This document shows positions 46,922 through 57,874 of a DNA stretch of 64,000 nt, piece after piece (positions within the stretch are counted from its first letter, which is position 1; every line of letters starts with the position of its first letter). The stretch covers positions 32,001 to 96,000 of the forward strand of contig JAXGNU010000006.1 in the NCBI GenBank assembly GCA_040767805.1. The letters are read 5' to 3'. The notes beneath the pieces are model-generated. The model was not told where the DNA came from and made no database searches. It saw only the letters and a program-made list of their open reading frames with translations. This stretch comes from Thermovirgaceae bacterium (GTDB lineage Bacteria; Synergistota; Synergistia; Synergistales; Thermovirgaceae). The translations under genes were made by a program, and so were the position numbers.

Positions 46922-47482
46922 TCAATGGGCCAGGAAGTCGGCGAGCTTGCCCGAAAGCTCGTCCCAGGTCATCGGGAAGGTCATCACCGAAGCCAGCTTT
47001 ATGCTGTTCTGCTTTTTCTTGTTCAGGCCCCCCATGAGGCCCTCCCTTGCCTGGTCGGTGGTGAAGAGGCTGTACCTGCGGTTCCCCCTGGTCTTGGTGA
47101 TATCCACCAGGACCCACCGGAAGGACTCCGCCGCGAGGGTACTCCTGGCGGTGTTGAGCTGCAGGAGTTCCACCTCCGACCCCGAGCCGCTCTGGTCGCC
47201 TATCTCGACGACCCTCGGTTTCGCTCCCATGTACATCTTGAGGTTGAAGAAGACCGACCGGGTCCTCCCCTCCCGGCCGAGGAAAACGCCCAGGTCGAAG
47301 CCGAAGCCGGGCAGCAGGAAGAACTCCTCGATCATGCCGCCCTGCTGCAGTTCAGAGAGCACCTCGAGGACCTCGTGCAGGAAGCCCGTGCGGAAGCTCT
47401 CCTCCGGGTGGGCTCCCTTCAGGATCTCGGGCTCAGGGCTGTGTGCAGCCAAGACGATCATCTCCTTTTCGTTTAGGACCAT
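46922..47482 (-). CDS. Hypothetical protein
   Basis: 186-aa ORF with G-rich RBS; likely co-transcribed with 46417-46917. Confidence 0.65.
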   Translation of the reverse strand: MVLNEKEMIVLAAHSPEPEILKGAHPEESFRTGFLHEVLEVLSELQQGGMIEEFFLLPGFGFDLGVFLGREGRTRSVFFNLKMYMGAKPRVVEIGDQSGSGSEVELLQLNTARSTLAAESFRWVLVDITKTRGNRRYSLFTTDQAREGLMGGLNKKKQNSIKLASVMTFPMTWDELSGKLADFLAH

Positions 47483-47645
47483 GCCCCCCGCTTCCGGGGG
47501 GCGTTCTCCGGGAGCCTGTCCAGTCCAAGTGAATCCGATTATAACTCAAGGGGGGGAAAGGATGAAAAACCCCCCGCGGCATGGACTATACTAATAGGCC
47601 AGGTGGGACACGATAAAACGCCGACCAGCGAGGAGGTACTGCCCC

Positions 47646-49154
47646 ATGCTTTTTTCCAGGACCTTCATCCCGACCGCCAGGGAAGCCCCGAAAGGCCTTT
47701 CCGACCCGGCGGTGGCGCGCCTCGTGAGGGCGGGCTACGTGGTGGCCGACGCCGAGACGGGGGAATTGGACCTGCTACCCCTGGGATCGATGCTCTGGGA
47801 AAGGGTTTCGGACGCCTCCCGGAACCTTGCCCGGGAGGCCGGCATCCAGACGGTCGACTTCAACGAAATAGCGGGTGACTCCCTTTCGGTCGCCGCCAGG
47901 TACGTCAAGAGCTACCGGCAGCTGCCCCTGTCCTTCGCGTCCGGGAACCCCAGGAGGATCGATGCCTGCGGTTTCGCGGCCGGTTCGGAGGAGGCGGCGC
48001 TCCAGCGCGACGGGTTTCTCGACATCGCCCGGAAGATCTCCGGCGAGGCGGGCCTCTCCCCCCTCGACGGGCGGACCATCGAGGAGGCGAGGCGCTACGT
48101 CGCCCTTGCCGTCGACAAGGGGTCGTGGCACTCCAAGGAGGGGTTTGCCTGCTCCTCCTGCGACTGGTGCGGCGACGACGCCGCCCCGGCGAACCCGACG
48201 GTTCGGCTTACCGGCGAGGAGGCGCCCCTGCGGGAGGTAGAGACCCCCGGGGCGGACACCATCGCCGAGCTGTGCAGGCAACTGGGGATAACGCCCGACC
48301 GGACCCTGAAGACCCTCTTCTACGCGGCGGAACAGGGCGCCGACAAGGAGATCCTGGCCGTCCTCACCAGGGGCGATCACCAGGTAAATGACCGGAAGCT
48401 GTCCCATGCCCTTGGCGGCGTCGTGGTCCGCTTCGCCGACCCCCTCGAGATCAGGGAAGCCGTGGGCGACCTGGCCGGCTACCTGGGACCCGTCGACCTC
48501 CCCGCGGGCATCCGCGTCCTCGCCGACCGCCATATCGAGGGCAGCCCCAGCCTGGTCGCGGGAGCCAACAGGCCCGGGTTCCACCTGCTCAACGCCTGCT
48601 GGGGGAGGGACTACAGGGCTTCCGCCGCGGCGGACCTGGTCAGCCTGCAGGAGGGCTTTCCCTGCCCCTTTTGCGGCTCGCCCATAGCGGCGGCATACCT
48701 GAGGAGCATAGCCGTGGCCGTGACGGACCCGGGGCCGTCGCCGCTGACCTTCCAGGACGAAGGGGGCGTCCTGTCTAAGGCTCACCGCTGGGAGGGAACC
48801 TTCTGCGTCACCCCGCTGGCGCTCTCCCTGGCGGGGGGTGAAAGGATCCCGCCCCGGTTCGCGCCCCTGGACGTGCACGTCCTGGTGACGTCCATGAGAA
48901 ACGATGACGCCGTCGGCCTGGGCAACATCCTGGCCGAAAGGCTGGAGGAGAGGGGCTTCAGCGTCCTGCTGGACGACCGGGACGAAAGGGCGGGCGTGAA
49001 ATTCTCCGATGCCGAACTTTTAGGACTTCCCGTGACCGTCGTCGTCGGAAGGGAGGCCTCGGAGGGCGTCGTCGAGGCATGGAAGCCCGACGGGAACAGG
49101 GAGGAACTGCCCGCCGACGCCGTCGGGGAACTGGTCTCGCGGTGGACCCGGTAA
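47646..49154 (+). CDS. Prolyl-tRNA synthetase paralogue with degenerate catalytic core, intact INS/YbaK editing and anticodon-binding domains
   Basis: F.PT.RE.P, L.RAGY, SYRQLP; INS motifs KTLFY, RGDHQVN..KL, GYLGPV, GAN; LDDRDERAGVKF.DAELLGLP; class II motifs 2 and 3 not recognisable. Confidence 0.8.
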   Translation: MLFSRTFIPTAREAPKGLSDPAVARLVRAGYVVADAETGELDLLPLGSMLWERVSDASRNLAREAGIQTVDFNEIAGDSLSVAARYVKSYRQLPLSFASGNPRRIDACGFAAGSEEAALQRDGFLDIARKISGEAGLSPLDGRTIEEARRYVALAVDKGSWHSKEGFACSSCDWCGDDAAPANPTVRLTGEEAPLREVETPGADTIAELCRQLGITPDRTLKTLFYAAEQGADKEILAVLTRGDHQVNDRKLSHALGGVVVRFADPLEIREAVGDLAGYLGPVDLPAGIRVLADRHIEGSPSLVAGANRPGFHLLNACWGRDYRASAAADLVSLQEGFPCPFCGSPIAAAYLRSIAVAVTDPGPSPLTFQDEGGVLSKAHRWEGTFCVTPLALSLAGGERIPPRFAPLDVHVLVTSMRNDDAVGLGNILAERLEERGFSVLLDDRDERAGVKFSDAELLGLPVTVVVGREASEGVVEAWKPDGNREELPADAVGELVSRWTR

Positions 49155-49260
49155 AACCGCCCAGGGGAGGATAGGCCATTTTACCCATCACCGCCGCCGG
49201 GGGCGCTGAATATAATGACCTCAACAGGGGTTCAAAGAAAAATACCCGGAGGTGGATGGG

Positions 49261-49662
49261 ATGAAAAAAAGAGCTGTTCTCCTGGCCCTCGCGGCCTTGT
49301 TAACCATTGGTACCGCGGCTTATGCCTACGGGGGGCCCTACGGCCGGTTCGGACCTGGAATGGATGGCGCTTCTTACGGCCGTTTCGGCGCGGGGATGGG
49401 CGGCGGCGCTTTCTGCGGCCCCAGGATGCACCAGAGGGGCGGCTACTTCAGGGACAGGGACGCCCGGAGGGTCGACTACCCCAAGGAGATCCTCGACAAG
49501 ATGGCCGAACTCCAGCGGACCCATCTCGAGATGAGGCTCGCCCTCACCCAGGAGAAGCCGGACCTGGAAAAGGCCAGGTCACTTTTCTCCAGGGCGCAGG
49601 AGATAAGGAACGAGATTTCCCTTTGGCGTTTTGAAAGTTACATCGAGTCGTTGAAGAAATAA
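49261..49662 (+). CDS. Periplasmic Spy/CpxP/ZraP-like protein
   Basis: Signal peptide, Gly/Met-rich segment, helical L...KPD..KA..L...I motif. Confidence 0.6.
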   Translation: MKKRAVLLALAALLTIGTAAYAYGGPYGRFGPGMDGASYGRFGAGMGGGAFCGPRMHQRGGYFRDRDARRVDYPKEILDKMAELQRTHLEMRLALTQEKPDLEKARSLFSRAQEIRNEISLWRFESYIESLKK

Positions 49663-49682
49663 CGGTACCAACTCCTCCCTTC

Positions 49683-49710
49683 CGCGGGGCCCAAGGGCCC
49701 CGCGTTTTTT
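49683..49710 (+). terminator. Intrinsic terminator
   Basis: CGCGGGGCCC-aa-GGGCCCCGCG followed by T6. Confidence 0.88.
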
Positions 49711-49810
49711 ATTTTCCCTAGGTATACCCTGAAAAAGGAAGAAAAACGTGACAAATCATGAGAAACAAGGTATATTCTCCTTTAACCGTAATAGGCTATC
49801 CCTTCAAATA

Positions 49811-49861
49811 TTGCCTGATGAATATTGACCTATATAATTGTTAAGGTCAACATTAGTCAGG
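49811..49861 (+). promoter_or_regulatory. dnaK promoter with CtsR-like boxes
   Basis: TTGCCT-16 nt-TATAAT (49833-49838); GGTCAAC-att-AGTCAGG (49845-49861) and inverted CCTGATG-aat-ATTGACC (49814-49830). Confidence 0.62.
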
Positions 49862-49905
49862 CTTTTGCGGGTCCTACCGCGAGAAAGCCTCAAGGGGGAA
49901 TGTTC

Positions 49906-51792
49906 ATGTCTCGTACCGTCGGGATAGATCTCGGCACAACAAATTCAGTGGTGGCCGTCCTCGAAGGGGGCCATCCCACGGTCATACCCAACGCGGAGGG
50001 GAGCAGGACCACGCCGTCGGTGGTGGGTTTCACGAAGGACGGGGAGCGCCTGGTGGGCATCCTCGCCCGGAGACAGGCCGTCCTGAACCCCAAGGGGACC
50101 GTCTCCTCCATCAAGCGTTTCACGGGAAGGAACTACGACGAGGTCGGCGAGGAGATGAAGATCGTCCCCTACACCGTCGTCAAGGGGAACAACAACTCCG
50201 TCCGCGTCGAGGTGGACGGTAAGCAGTACGCCCCGGAAGAGATCAGCGCCCAGGTCCTCAGGAAGCTGGCCCAGGACGCTTCTTCCTGGCTCGGCGAAAA
50301 GGTCACCGACGCGGTCATAACCGTTCCGGCCTACTTCAACGACGCCCAGCGCCAGGCCACCAAGAACGCCGGCAAGATAGCGGGGCTGAACGTGTTGCGG
50401 GTCGTCAACGAGCCGACGGCGGCGGCCCTGGCCTACGGCATGGATAAGAAGAACAACGAGACCGTCATGGTCTTCGACCTGGGCGGGGGGACCTTCGACG
50501 TCTCCATCCTGGATGTGGGAGAAGGCCTCTGCGAGGTGCGCTCCACCTCGGGCGACACCCACCTTGGCGGGGACGATTTCGACAAGCGCGTCGTCGACTG
50601 GCTCGCCGACGAGTTCAAGAACCAGGAGGGCATCGACCTCAGGAACGACAGGCAGGCCCTGCAGCGGCTCTACGAGGCGGCCGAAAAGGCCAAGTGCGAA
50701 CTGTCAAGCCGCACGAGCACCGAGATCAGCCTGCCCTTCATCACCGCCGACGCCAACGGTCCGAAGCACCTGTCGTCCAACCTCACCAGGGCCAAGTTCG
50801 ACGAACTCACGAGGCACCTCGTCGAGAGGACCCTGGAACCCATGAAGCAGGCCCTGAAGGACGCCAAGCTCGAGGCGGGCGATATCGACGAGGTCATCAT
50901 GGTGGGCGGCTCCACGAGGATCCCCGCCGTGCAGGAACTGGTGAAGCGTTTCACCGGGGGCAAGAACCTGAACATGACCGTCAACCCCGACGAGGTGGTG
51001 GCCGTGGGGGCCGCCGTCCAGGCCGGGATCATAAAGGGCGAGGTCAAGGACGTGCTCCTGCTGGATGTCACGCCCCTCTCCCTCGGCATCGAGACCCTCG
51101 GGGGCGTCATGACGAAGATCATCGAGAGGAACACCACCATACCGGCCCGCCGGTCGGAGGTGTTCTCCACGGCCGAGGACAACCAGCCGGCGGTGGACGT
51201 GGTCGTGCTCCAGGGCGAGCGCGAGATGGCCAGGGACAACAGGAAACTGGGCAACTTCAAGTTGGAGGGGATCCGGCCGGCCCCCAGGGGGATACCCCAG
51301 ATCGAGGTGACCTTCGACATAGACGCCAACGGCATCCTCAACGTGTCCGCCCGGGACAAGGAGACCGGCAAGGAACAGAAGATCGCCATAAGCAACTCGA
51401 CGAACCTGGACGAGAGCGAGATAAACCGGATGGTCGACGACGCCCGGCTCCACGCCGAGGAGGACAAGAAGAGGCGTGCCTGGGTCGACGCAAGGAATGA
51501 ACTCGAGGCCGCCTCCTACCAGGTGGAGAGGATGATAGGCGAACTCGGCGACCGTGCCCCGGCCCACGAGAAGGCCCGGGGCGAGGAACTCGTCCGGGAG
51601 GCCAAGGAGGCCATCTCCAAGGAGGAGGAGACCCCCAGGCTGCAGTCGCTGACGCAGGACCTGAAGCAGGCGGCGGCGGCGCTGGCCCAGCATGAAGGCC
51701 CCTCCCCTCATGAGGAGACCGGGGGACCGGCCCCCGAGGGCGGGCCCGGCAAGGAAGAGGATGTAATAGACGCCGAATTCAACGAAGGCTGA
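49906..51792 (+). CDS. dnaK: Chaperone DnaK (Hsp70)
   Basis: [45 protein letters not shown]-terminal IDAEF. Confidence 0.97.
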   Translation: MSRTVGIDLGTTNSVVAVLEGGHPTVIPNAEGSRTTPSVVGFTKDGERLVGILARRQAVLNPKGTVSSIKRFTGRNYDEVGEEMKIVPYTVVKGNNNSVRVEVDGKQYAPEEISAQVLRKLAQDASSWLGEKVTDAVITVPAYFNDAQRQATKNAGKIAGLNVLRVVNEPTAAALAYGMDKKNNETVMVFDLGGGTFDVSILDVGEGLCEVRSTSGDTHLGGDDFDKRVVDWLADEFKNQEGIDLRNDRQALQRLYEAAEKAKCELSSRTSTEISLPFITADANGPKHLSSNLTRAKFDELTRHLVERTLEPMKQALKDAKLEAGDIDEVIMVGGSTRIPAVQELVKRFTGGKNLNMTVNPDEVVAVGAAVQAGIIKGEVKDVLLLDVTPLSLGIETLGGVMTKIIERNTTIPARRSEVFSTAEDNQPAVDVVVLQGEREMARDNRKLGNFKLEGIRPAPRGIPQIEVTFDIDANGILNVSARDKETGKEQKIAISNSTNLDESEINRMVDDARLHAEEDKKRRAWVDARNELEAASYQVERMIGELGDRAPAHEKARGEELVREAKEAISKEEETPRLQSLTQDLKQAAAALAQHEGPSPHEETGGPAPEGGPGKEEDVIDAEFNEG

Positions 51793-51868
51793 TGCCGTTG
51801 AAAAAGGGGGCGTGCCGTAGGCATGGCCGCGAGGTAAAGAGCGCCCCGGTCAGGGTGGAGGGGTTTCG

Positions 51869-52822
51869 ATGAAGTTCAGGGATTACTACGAGATCCTCGG
51901 GGTGCCGAGGGACGCGTCGCAGAAGGACATACAGAAGGCCTACAGGAAACTGGCGAGGAAGTACCACCCTGACGTCAACAAGGACGCCGACGCGGAGAAC
52001 CGCTTCAAGGAGATCAACGAGGCCTACGAGGTGCTCCGCGACGCCGAAAAGAGGAAAAAGTACGACACCCTCGGGGCCAACTGGAAGAACGGACAGGACT
52101 TCTCCCCTCCCCCGGGCTGGGAGGGGTCCTTCCAGTTCGGCGGCGGGGGCGGCGGGGCTTTCAGCGACTTCTTCGAGGCCCTTTTCGGCAACCTGGGGGG
52201 GTTCACGACCATGGAGGGGCAGCCCTTCCGAGGCCGTTCCCTCCGCCGACGGGGGCGCGACCTGGAGTCCAAGATCGAGCTGACCCTCGATGAGCTGGCC
52301 GCCGGGGGGAAGAAACGGGTCGAGTTCGAGGTCCTGAGCCGGGGTCCCGACGGGAGGGCCCGAAGGAGCCGCAAGTCCCTCGAGGTGACCATTCCCAAGG
52401 GGGTGACCCAGGGCTCGAGGATACGCCTGGCCGGCCAGGGCGAAGCTGGGAGCGGGGGCGGTCCCGCCGGCGACCTCTACCTGGAGGTCCACATCCGGAA
52501 GGACCCCTGTTTCGAGGTCGAGGGCCAGGACCTCCGCACCACCGTGGACATCGCCCCCTGGGACGCGGCCCTCGGCGGAAGCGTCCAGGTCCCCGTCCTG
52601 GGCGGTTCGGTGACGATGAAAATCCCGGCGGGGACCCAGAGCGGCCAGGTGCTGAGGATCAGGGGCAAGGGCCTGCCCGGCAGGGGGGACTGCCCCGGGA
52701 ACATACTGGTCACCGTGAGGATCGCCGTGCCCAGGAAGCTCACCGACAGGGAACGGGAGCTCTTCGAGGCGTTGAGAAATGAGTCGCCTTTCAAGCCGGA
52801 GATCAAGAAGCGCCGGGAATAG
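51869..52822 (+). CDS. Class B J-protein without zinc finger (CbpA-like DnaJ)
   Basis: J domain HPD, G/F region, DnaJ C-terminal domain, no CxxCxGxG repeats. Confidence 0.9.
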   Translation: MKFRDYYEILGVPRDASQKDIQKAYRKLARKYHPDVNKDADAENRFKEINEAYEVLRDAEKRKKYDTLGANWKNGQDFSPPPGWEGSFQFGGGGGGAFSDFFEALFGNLGGFTTMEGQPFRGRSLRRRGRDLESKIELTLDELAAGGKKRVEFEVLSRGPDGRARRSRKSLEVTIPKGVTQGSRIRLAGQGEAGSGGGPAGDLYLEVHIRKDPCFEVEGQDLRTTVDIAPWDAALGGSVQVPVLGGSVTMKIPAGTQSGQVLRIRGKGLPGRGDCPGNILVTVRIAVPRKLTDRERELFEALRNESPFKPEIKKRRE

Positions 52823-52861
52823 TCAAAAGTGTAGACCTGACCCCTCTGGAGGAGGTTGCCC

Positions 52862-55468
52862 ATGGATTTGAACAAATTGACCCTCAAGTCCCAGGAGGCG
52901 CTCTCGAGCGCCCAGAACATCGCCGTGACCATGGGGCACACCGAGGTCGACGGGGAACACCTGCTGCTTTCGCTCCTGCGCCAGGAGGGCGGGCTTATCC
53001 CCCGGCTGCTGACCAGGATGGGCGCCCACCCGGAGGAGATCGCCCAAGAGACAGAGCGGGAGCTCTCCCGCAGGAGCAGGGTCTCGGGGCCGGGCGTCGA
53101 GCCGGGCAAGATCCACCTCTCCCTGAGGCTTTCGAAGCTTCTCGTCTTGGCCCAGGAGGACGCCTCACGGCTGAAGGACGAGTACGTTTCGGTGGAGCAC
53201 CTGTTCATGAGGCTCCTCGAGGAGGGCGACGCCTCCGCCGCGGGGAGGGCCCTCGCCAGGGCCGGCATAACACCCCAGGCCTTCCTCGCCGTCCTGCAGG
53301 ACGTCAGGGGCAGCCAGAGGGTCCAGAGCGCCGACCCCGAGGGCACCTACGAAGCCCTGGAGAGGTACGGCAGCGACCTGGTGGCCCTGGCGAGGTCGGG
53401 CAGGCTCGACCCCGTCATCGGCCGCGACGAGGAGATCCGCAGGGTGGTCAGAATCTTGAGCCGCAAGACGAAAAACAACCCCGTCCTCATCGGCGAACCG
53501 GGCGTGGGCAAGACGGCCATCGTGGAGGGGCTCGCCCAGCGCATCGTCCGGGGGGACGTCCCCGAGGGGCTGAAGGACCGTTCCGTCTTCGCCCTCGACA
53601 TGGGGGCCCTCCTGGCGGGGGCCAAGTACAGGGGCGAATTCGAGGAGCGCCTCAAGGCCGTGCTGAACGAGATCAAGGAGAGCGACGGCCGCATCCTGCT
53701 CTTCATAGATGAACTGCACACCATCGTCGGCGCCGGCAAGGCCGAGGGGGCCATCGACGCCGGCAACATGCTCAAGCCCATGCTCGCCAGGGGCGAACTG
53801 CACTGCATCGGCGCCACCACCGTCGACGAGTACCGCCAACACATCGAGAAGGACGCCGCCCTGGAGCGCCGCTTCCAGCCCGTCCTGGTGGAAGAGCCCA
53901 CCGTGGAGGACACCATTTCCATCCTGAGGGGGCTCAAGGAGCGTTACGAGGTCCACCACGGCGTCAGGATCCAGGACAACGCCCTGGTGGCCGCGGCGGT
54001 CCTGTCCAACCGGTACATCTCCGACCGTTTCCTCCCCGACAAGGCCATCGACCTCGTCGACGAGGCCTCGGCCCTCATACGCACCGAGATAGACTCCCTC
54101 CCGGCCGACCTCGACGCCGCCGCCCGCAGGGTGATGCAGATGGAGATCGAGGAGGCGGCCCTCTCAAGGGAAACCGACAAGGCCGGCAGGCGGAGGCTGG
54201 AATCCTTGAAAAAGGAGCTCCAAGACGCCCGCGCCGACACCGACGCCCTTAGGGCCCGTTACGAGGCGGAGAAACAGGCCATCGGCAAACTCCAGGGCCT
54301 GAGGGAACAGATCGAGAGCGTCAAAAGGGATATCGAGATGGCCGAGCGCGACTACGACCTCAACAGGGCCGCCGAACTCAAGCACGGCAAACTGCCCGAC
54401 CTCGAGAGGAGGCTCGCCGCCGAGGAGGAGATGCTCGTCTCCAAGCAGGGCGGCGAAAAACTGCTCCGGGAGGAGGTCACCGCCGAGGAGATCTCCCGGA
54501 TAGTGTCGCGGTGGACGGGCATACCCGTGTCGAGGCTCCTCGAGGGAGAGAGGGAAAAACTGCTGCGCCTCGACGACATCCTCCACCAGCGGGTCATCGG
54601 GCAGGACGAGGCGGTCCGCCTGGTGGCCGACGCCGTCCTGCGGGCCCGTTCCGGAATTAAGGACCCGAAGAGGCCCGTGGGCTCCTTCATATTCCTGGGG
54701 CCCACCGGCGTGGGGAAGACCGAACTGGCCAGGACCCTGGCGGAGGCCCTTTTCGACTCCGAGGAGAACATGGTCAGGATTGACATGTCGGAGTACATGG
54801 AGAAGCACTCCGTCTCGCGCCTCATCGGGGCGCCGCCGGGGTACGTGGGGTACGAGGAGGGGGGACAGCTCACCGAGGCCGTCAGGAGGAAACCCTACTC
54901 GGTGATACTCTTCGACGAGATCGAGAAGGCCCACCACGATGTCTTCAACATCCTGCTGCAGATCCTCGACGACGGCAGGCTCACCGACAACCGGGGCCGC
55001 ACGGTGAACTTCACGAACACGATAATTATCATGACCAGCAACATCGGCGCCGCGGACCTCATGGAGGGCATAACCCCCTCGGGCGAGATCCCCGGGGCCG
55101 TCCAGGAGAGCGTCCTGCGGCAGGTGAGGGCCTCCTTCAGGCCCGAATTCCTCAACCGGGTGGATGACATCGTCCTCTTCAAGCCCCTCACCGTGGGGGA
55201 GATCGAGCAGATCGTAGACCTCCTGGCCGCGGGCCTCCAGAAGCGGCTGCGCGACCTGGGGATGACCCTGGAGGTAACGCCGGCCGCCAGGAACCACGTC
55301 GCCCGCGAGGGCTACGACCCGGTCTACGGCGCCAGGCCGCTCAAACGCTACATGAGCCGGGAGATCGAAACCCCCGTCGCCCGGCTGATGATCTCCCAGG
55401 CCCTGGGCGAGGGCTCGAAAATCGTGGTGGACGAAAAGGAGGGGAAGCTGGCTGTGCGGGCTTCGTAG
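52862..55468 (+). CDS. clpB: Disaggregase ClpB
   Basis: Two AAA+ modules ([16 protein letters not shown]), long coiled-coil middle domain, GAPPGYVGY. Confidence 0.96.
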   Translation: MDLNKLTLKSQEALSSAQNIAVTMGHTEVDGEHLLLSLLRQEGGLIPRLLTRMGAHPEEIAQETERELSRRSRVSGPGVEPGKIHLSLRLSKLLVLAQEDASRLKDEYVSVEHLFMRLLEEGDASAAGRALARAGITPQAFLAVLQDVRGSQRVQSADPEGTYEALERYGSDLVALARSGRLDPVIGRDEEIRRVVRILSRKTKNNPVLIGEPGVGKTAIVEGLAQRIVRGDVPEGLKDRSVFALDMGALLAGAKYRGEFEERLKAVLNEIKESDGRILLFIDELHTIVGAGKAEGAIDAGNMLKPMLARGELHCIGATTVDEYRQHIEKDAALERRFQPVLVEEPTVEDTISILRGLKERYEVHHGVRIQDNALVAAAVLSNRYISDRFLPDKAIDLVDEASALIRTEIDSLPADLDAAARRVMQMEIEEAALSRETDKAGRRRLESLKKELQDARADTDALRARYEAEKQAIGKLQGLREQIESVKRDIEMAERDYDLNRAAELKHGKLPDLERRLAAEEEMLVSKQGGEKLLREEVTAEEISRIVSRWTGIPVSRLLEGEREKLLRLDDILHQRVIGQDEAVRLVADAVLRARSGIKDPKRPVGSFIFLGPTGVGKTELARTLAEALFDSEENMVRIDMSEYMEKHSVSRLIGAPPGYVGYEEGGQLTEAVRRKPYSVILFDEIEKAHHDVFNILLQILDDGRLTDNRGRTVNFTNTIIIMTSNIGAADLMEGITPSGEIPGAVQESVLRQVRASFRPEFLNRVDDIVLFKPLTVGEIEQIVDLLAAGLQKRLRDLGMTLEVTPAARNHVAREGYDPVYGARPLKRYMSREIETPVARLMISQALGEGSKIVVDEKEGKLAVRAS

Positions 55469-55489
55469 GCTTTCACCGCGGGGCCTCGC

Positions 55490-56860
55490 CTACTTTTTGA
55501 ACCTGAAACCCCTTTCGAAGACCTTGAGGCAGGCCTGGACGACCCTTTCATCGAAAAGGGTCCCGGCGCCGGCGCGGACCGTGTCGAGGGCCGTTTCAAG
55601 GGGGTAGGCCGGACGGAAGGGCCGGTGGGAAGCCATGGCCTCCACCACGTCGGCGACGGAGAGGATCCGTACCTCCGGGAGTATCTGGTTGCCCCTGAGG
55701 CCCCTCGGGTACCCGGAGCCGTCGAGGCGTTCATGGTGCTGGGATACGATCTGGGCGATGGGCCAGGGGAAGGAGATGCCCTTCAGCGTCTCGCTCCCGA
55801 CCTCGGGGTGGCGTTTGACTATCTCGTACTCCAGGGCCGTCAGCGTCGTGGGTTTATTTAGGATCTCCCCGGGGATATGGAGCTTGCCTATGTCGTGGAT
55901 GAGGGCCGCCATCCACAGGCCTTTCAGGACATCCTCGGAAAGCCCCATCTCCTCGCCGATCGCGTAGGCCAGCTGGGCGACGCCCTCCTGATGGTCCGCC
56001 GTGTAGACGTCCCGGATCCTCATGGTCCCGGCGAGGACCCTCACCGTCTCGTCGAGCACCCTTTCGAGCCTTTCGCTGCTCACCCTGAGGGATTCCTCCA
56101 TGCGCTTCCTGTCGGAGATATCGCGCCCCACGGACTGGTACTCGACAAGGTTCCCCTCGCCGTCGAAGAGGGCCGTGTCAATCCACTGTTGCCAGCGGGC
56201 CTCGCCCGAGGGGAGGATCGTCAGTTCTTCGGAGACCTGGGTGGGGGACGCCGGGTCCAGTTTCTTCAATGTCCCCAGGATCTCTTCCCGGTATTCCTCC
56301 GGCATGTGGGGCGTCATGGAAGTGCCGACTATCTCATCGGGGGTGGTCTGGTAGTACTTGCAGTAGGCCTCGTTGGCGAAGGTCACCTTCCAGTCGGGGG
56401 AGTAGCGCACGATGACCTCCTGCTGCTGCTGGACGATAGCACGGTACTTTTCCTCGCTCCTCTGGAGCGCTTCCTCGGCCTTCTTGCGGTCGGTGATATC
56501 CCGGTACATGGCGTAGATCGCGACCCGCCGGCCTTCCACCACGATGGGCACCCCGAGGGCCATGACGTGGAACCGGGTGCCGTCCTTCCTCTGCCGGACC
56601 GTCTCGAACACGAACTCCTCCCCCAGGATGGCCCTTTGGGTTCGCTCCGCGGCTTCGAGGTTCAAACTCTCGTCGGTGGCGACCAGGCGGTCGAGGTCGT
56701 GACCGATCACTTCCTCCGGGGTGTAACCGAACATCTCGCAGAAGGCCCTGTTGGCCTTGTGCACAACCCCGTCAAGCCCCTGGATGACTACCCCCTCCGG
56801 GGAGTTCTCGAAAAGACCTTCGAAAAGGATGTCATAATCGGGGATCATCTCGAGCCGCAT
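55490..56860 (-). CDS. PAS-PAS-HD-GYP protein (probable c-di-GMP phosphodiesterase)
   Basis: Two PAS/PAC repeats; HDIGK, HHERLDGSGYP, VADVVEAM. Confidence 0.9.
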   Translation of the reverse strand: MRLEMIPDYDILFEGLFENSPEGVVIQGLDGVVHKANRAFCEMFGYTPEEVIGHDLDRLVATDESLNLEAAERTQRAILGEEFVFETVRQRKDGTRFHVMALGVPIVVEGRRVAIYAMYRDITDRKKAEEALQRSEEKYRAIVQQQQEVIVRYSPDWKVTFANEAYCKYYQTTPDEIVGTSMTPHMPEEYREEILGTLKKLDPASPTQVSEELTILPSGEARWQQWIDTALFDGEGNLVEYQSVGRDISDRKRMEESLRVSSERLERVLDETVRVLAGTMRIRDVYTADHQEGVAQLAYAIGEEMGLSEDVLKGLWMAALIHDIGKLHIPGEILNKPTTLTALEYEIVKRHPEVGSETLKGISFPWPIAQIVSQHHERLDGSGYPRGLRGNQILPEVRILSVADVVEAMASHRPFRPAYPLETALDTVRAGAGTLFDERVVQACLKVFERGFRFKK

Positions 56861-57053
56861 CGTCGTCGCCTCCTGGAAAAGGAGGATCCTTTATTCAGAG
56901 GATAGTATAACATGATGTACACTTTCTATAAACCGCCTGAAGGGAGCCCCGTTAACCCCGAAACCCGTGACCTTGATGCCCCCCCTCCCGGGGTGATATC
57001 ATTTACCCGGCGGGGGATGCCAGCGACGACCCCTCCCGCCGGGAGGACTGTCC

Positions 57054-57218
57054 ATGGAAGAGAAGAGAGTCATCATTACGAACCTTGCCTGCACTTCAGA
57101 CCTGTGCTCCCTGGTAGAGTACGACATACAGGTGCTCAGGGACCTCATCGACAACATGGAGGCGGGATGGGTCGAGTCACAGACCATGGATTCAAAATGC
57201 TGCCAGGACCGCCCCTGA
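57054..57218 (+). CDS. Small 54-aa protein with four Cys (absent from ORF track)
   Basis: GGGAGG RBS 7 nt upstream; MEEKRVIITNLACTSDLCSLVEYD...KCCQDRP; followed by a terminator-like hairpin. Confidence 0.5.
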   Translation: MEEKRVIITNLACTSDLCSLVEYDIQVLRDLIDNMEAGWVESQTMDSKCCQDRP

Positions 57219-57251
57219 GGTGAACCCTTCCTCCCCAGGCCCCGGATGAGG

Positions 57252-57284
57252 AAAGCCGGCTCTCCCAGGGAGGGCCGGCTTTTT
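57252..57284. terminator. Probable bidirectional terminator
   Basis: AAAGCCGGCTCTCCC-a-GGGAGGGCCGGCTTTTT between convergent genes. Confidence 0.75.
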
Positions 57285-57305
57285 CAGCCCCGGCCCCTTG
57301 GGACG

Positions 57306-57707
57306 TCAGAAGGCGAATATCCCGAGGCAGAGGGTGCAGAACCCCGCGAGGTAGATGATGGAGGCCAGCCCTGTCATGAAGGGGCGTCCCTTTTCCATCA
57401 GCGAAAGGATCACCTTTCGGGCCTGGTCGTACCTGAAGAGGAAGCAGTAGGCCTTCACAAGCGAAAGGGTAATGAACAAGGTCATGATCCATGAGAGCGT
57501 CACCGGTGACGTGATCTGCACGTACCAGGTAATGAGCGTCAGGAAGGCGGCGAAAGCACCGGCGGCCCAAAACCACACGGGCTGTTTTTCGGGGATGAGG
57601 ACCTCGTTGAAGAGGTCGATCCACCGCTGGCCCCTCAAGGCGATCACCGGCGCCAGGGAAACCATCATCGTCCCTAACAGGAGAGCAAGAAACCTAAAAT
57701 AAAGCAT
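57306..57707 (-). CDS. Hypothetical four-TM membrane protein
   Basis: Hydrophobic 133-aa ORF; start inferred. Confidence 0.65.
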   Translation of the reverse strand: MLYFRFLALLLGTMMVSLAPVIALRGQRWIDLFNEVLIPEKQPVWFWAAGAFAAFLTLITWYVQITSPVTLSWIMTLFITLSLVKAYCFLFRYDQARKVILSLMEKGRPFMTGLASIIYLAGFCTLCLGIFAF

Positions 57708-57874
57708 ACTCTCTTCATCTCCTCCCAGGTCATTTGTTGCCGGGTTGGGCATGGTCGCTAGGCGAATTCCCGCAGTCCGTCGCTATTGATATCATTATAC
57801 CTAACTCGCCTGTTTTCCAGCGGGGCACTTTTTGAGTTCCCCTATCCCCCGCCGGAAGGACAGGCCCAGGGGAG

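Noticed and set aside
52821..52843. CtsR box before clpB (AGTCAAA)
   Set aside because: Single heptad overlapping the upstream stop, no second heptad at 3-nt spacing.
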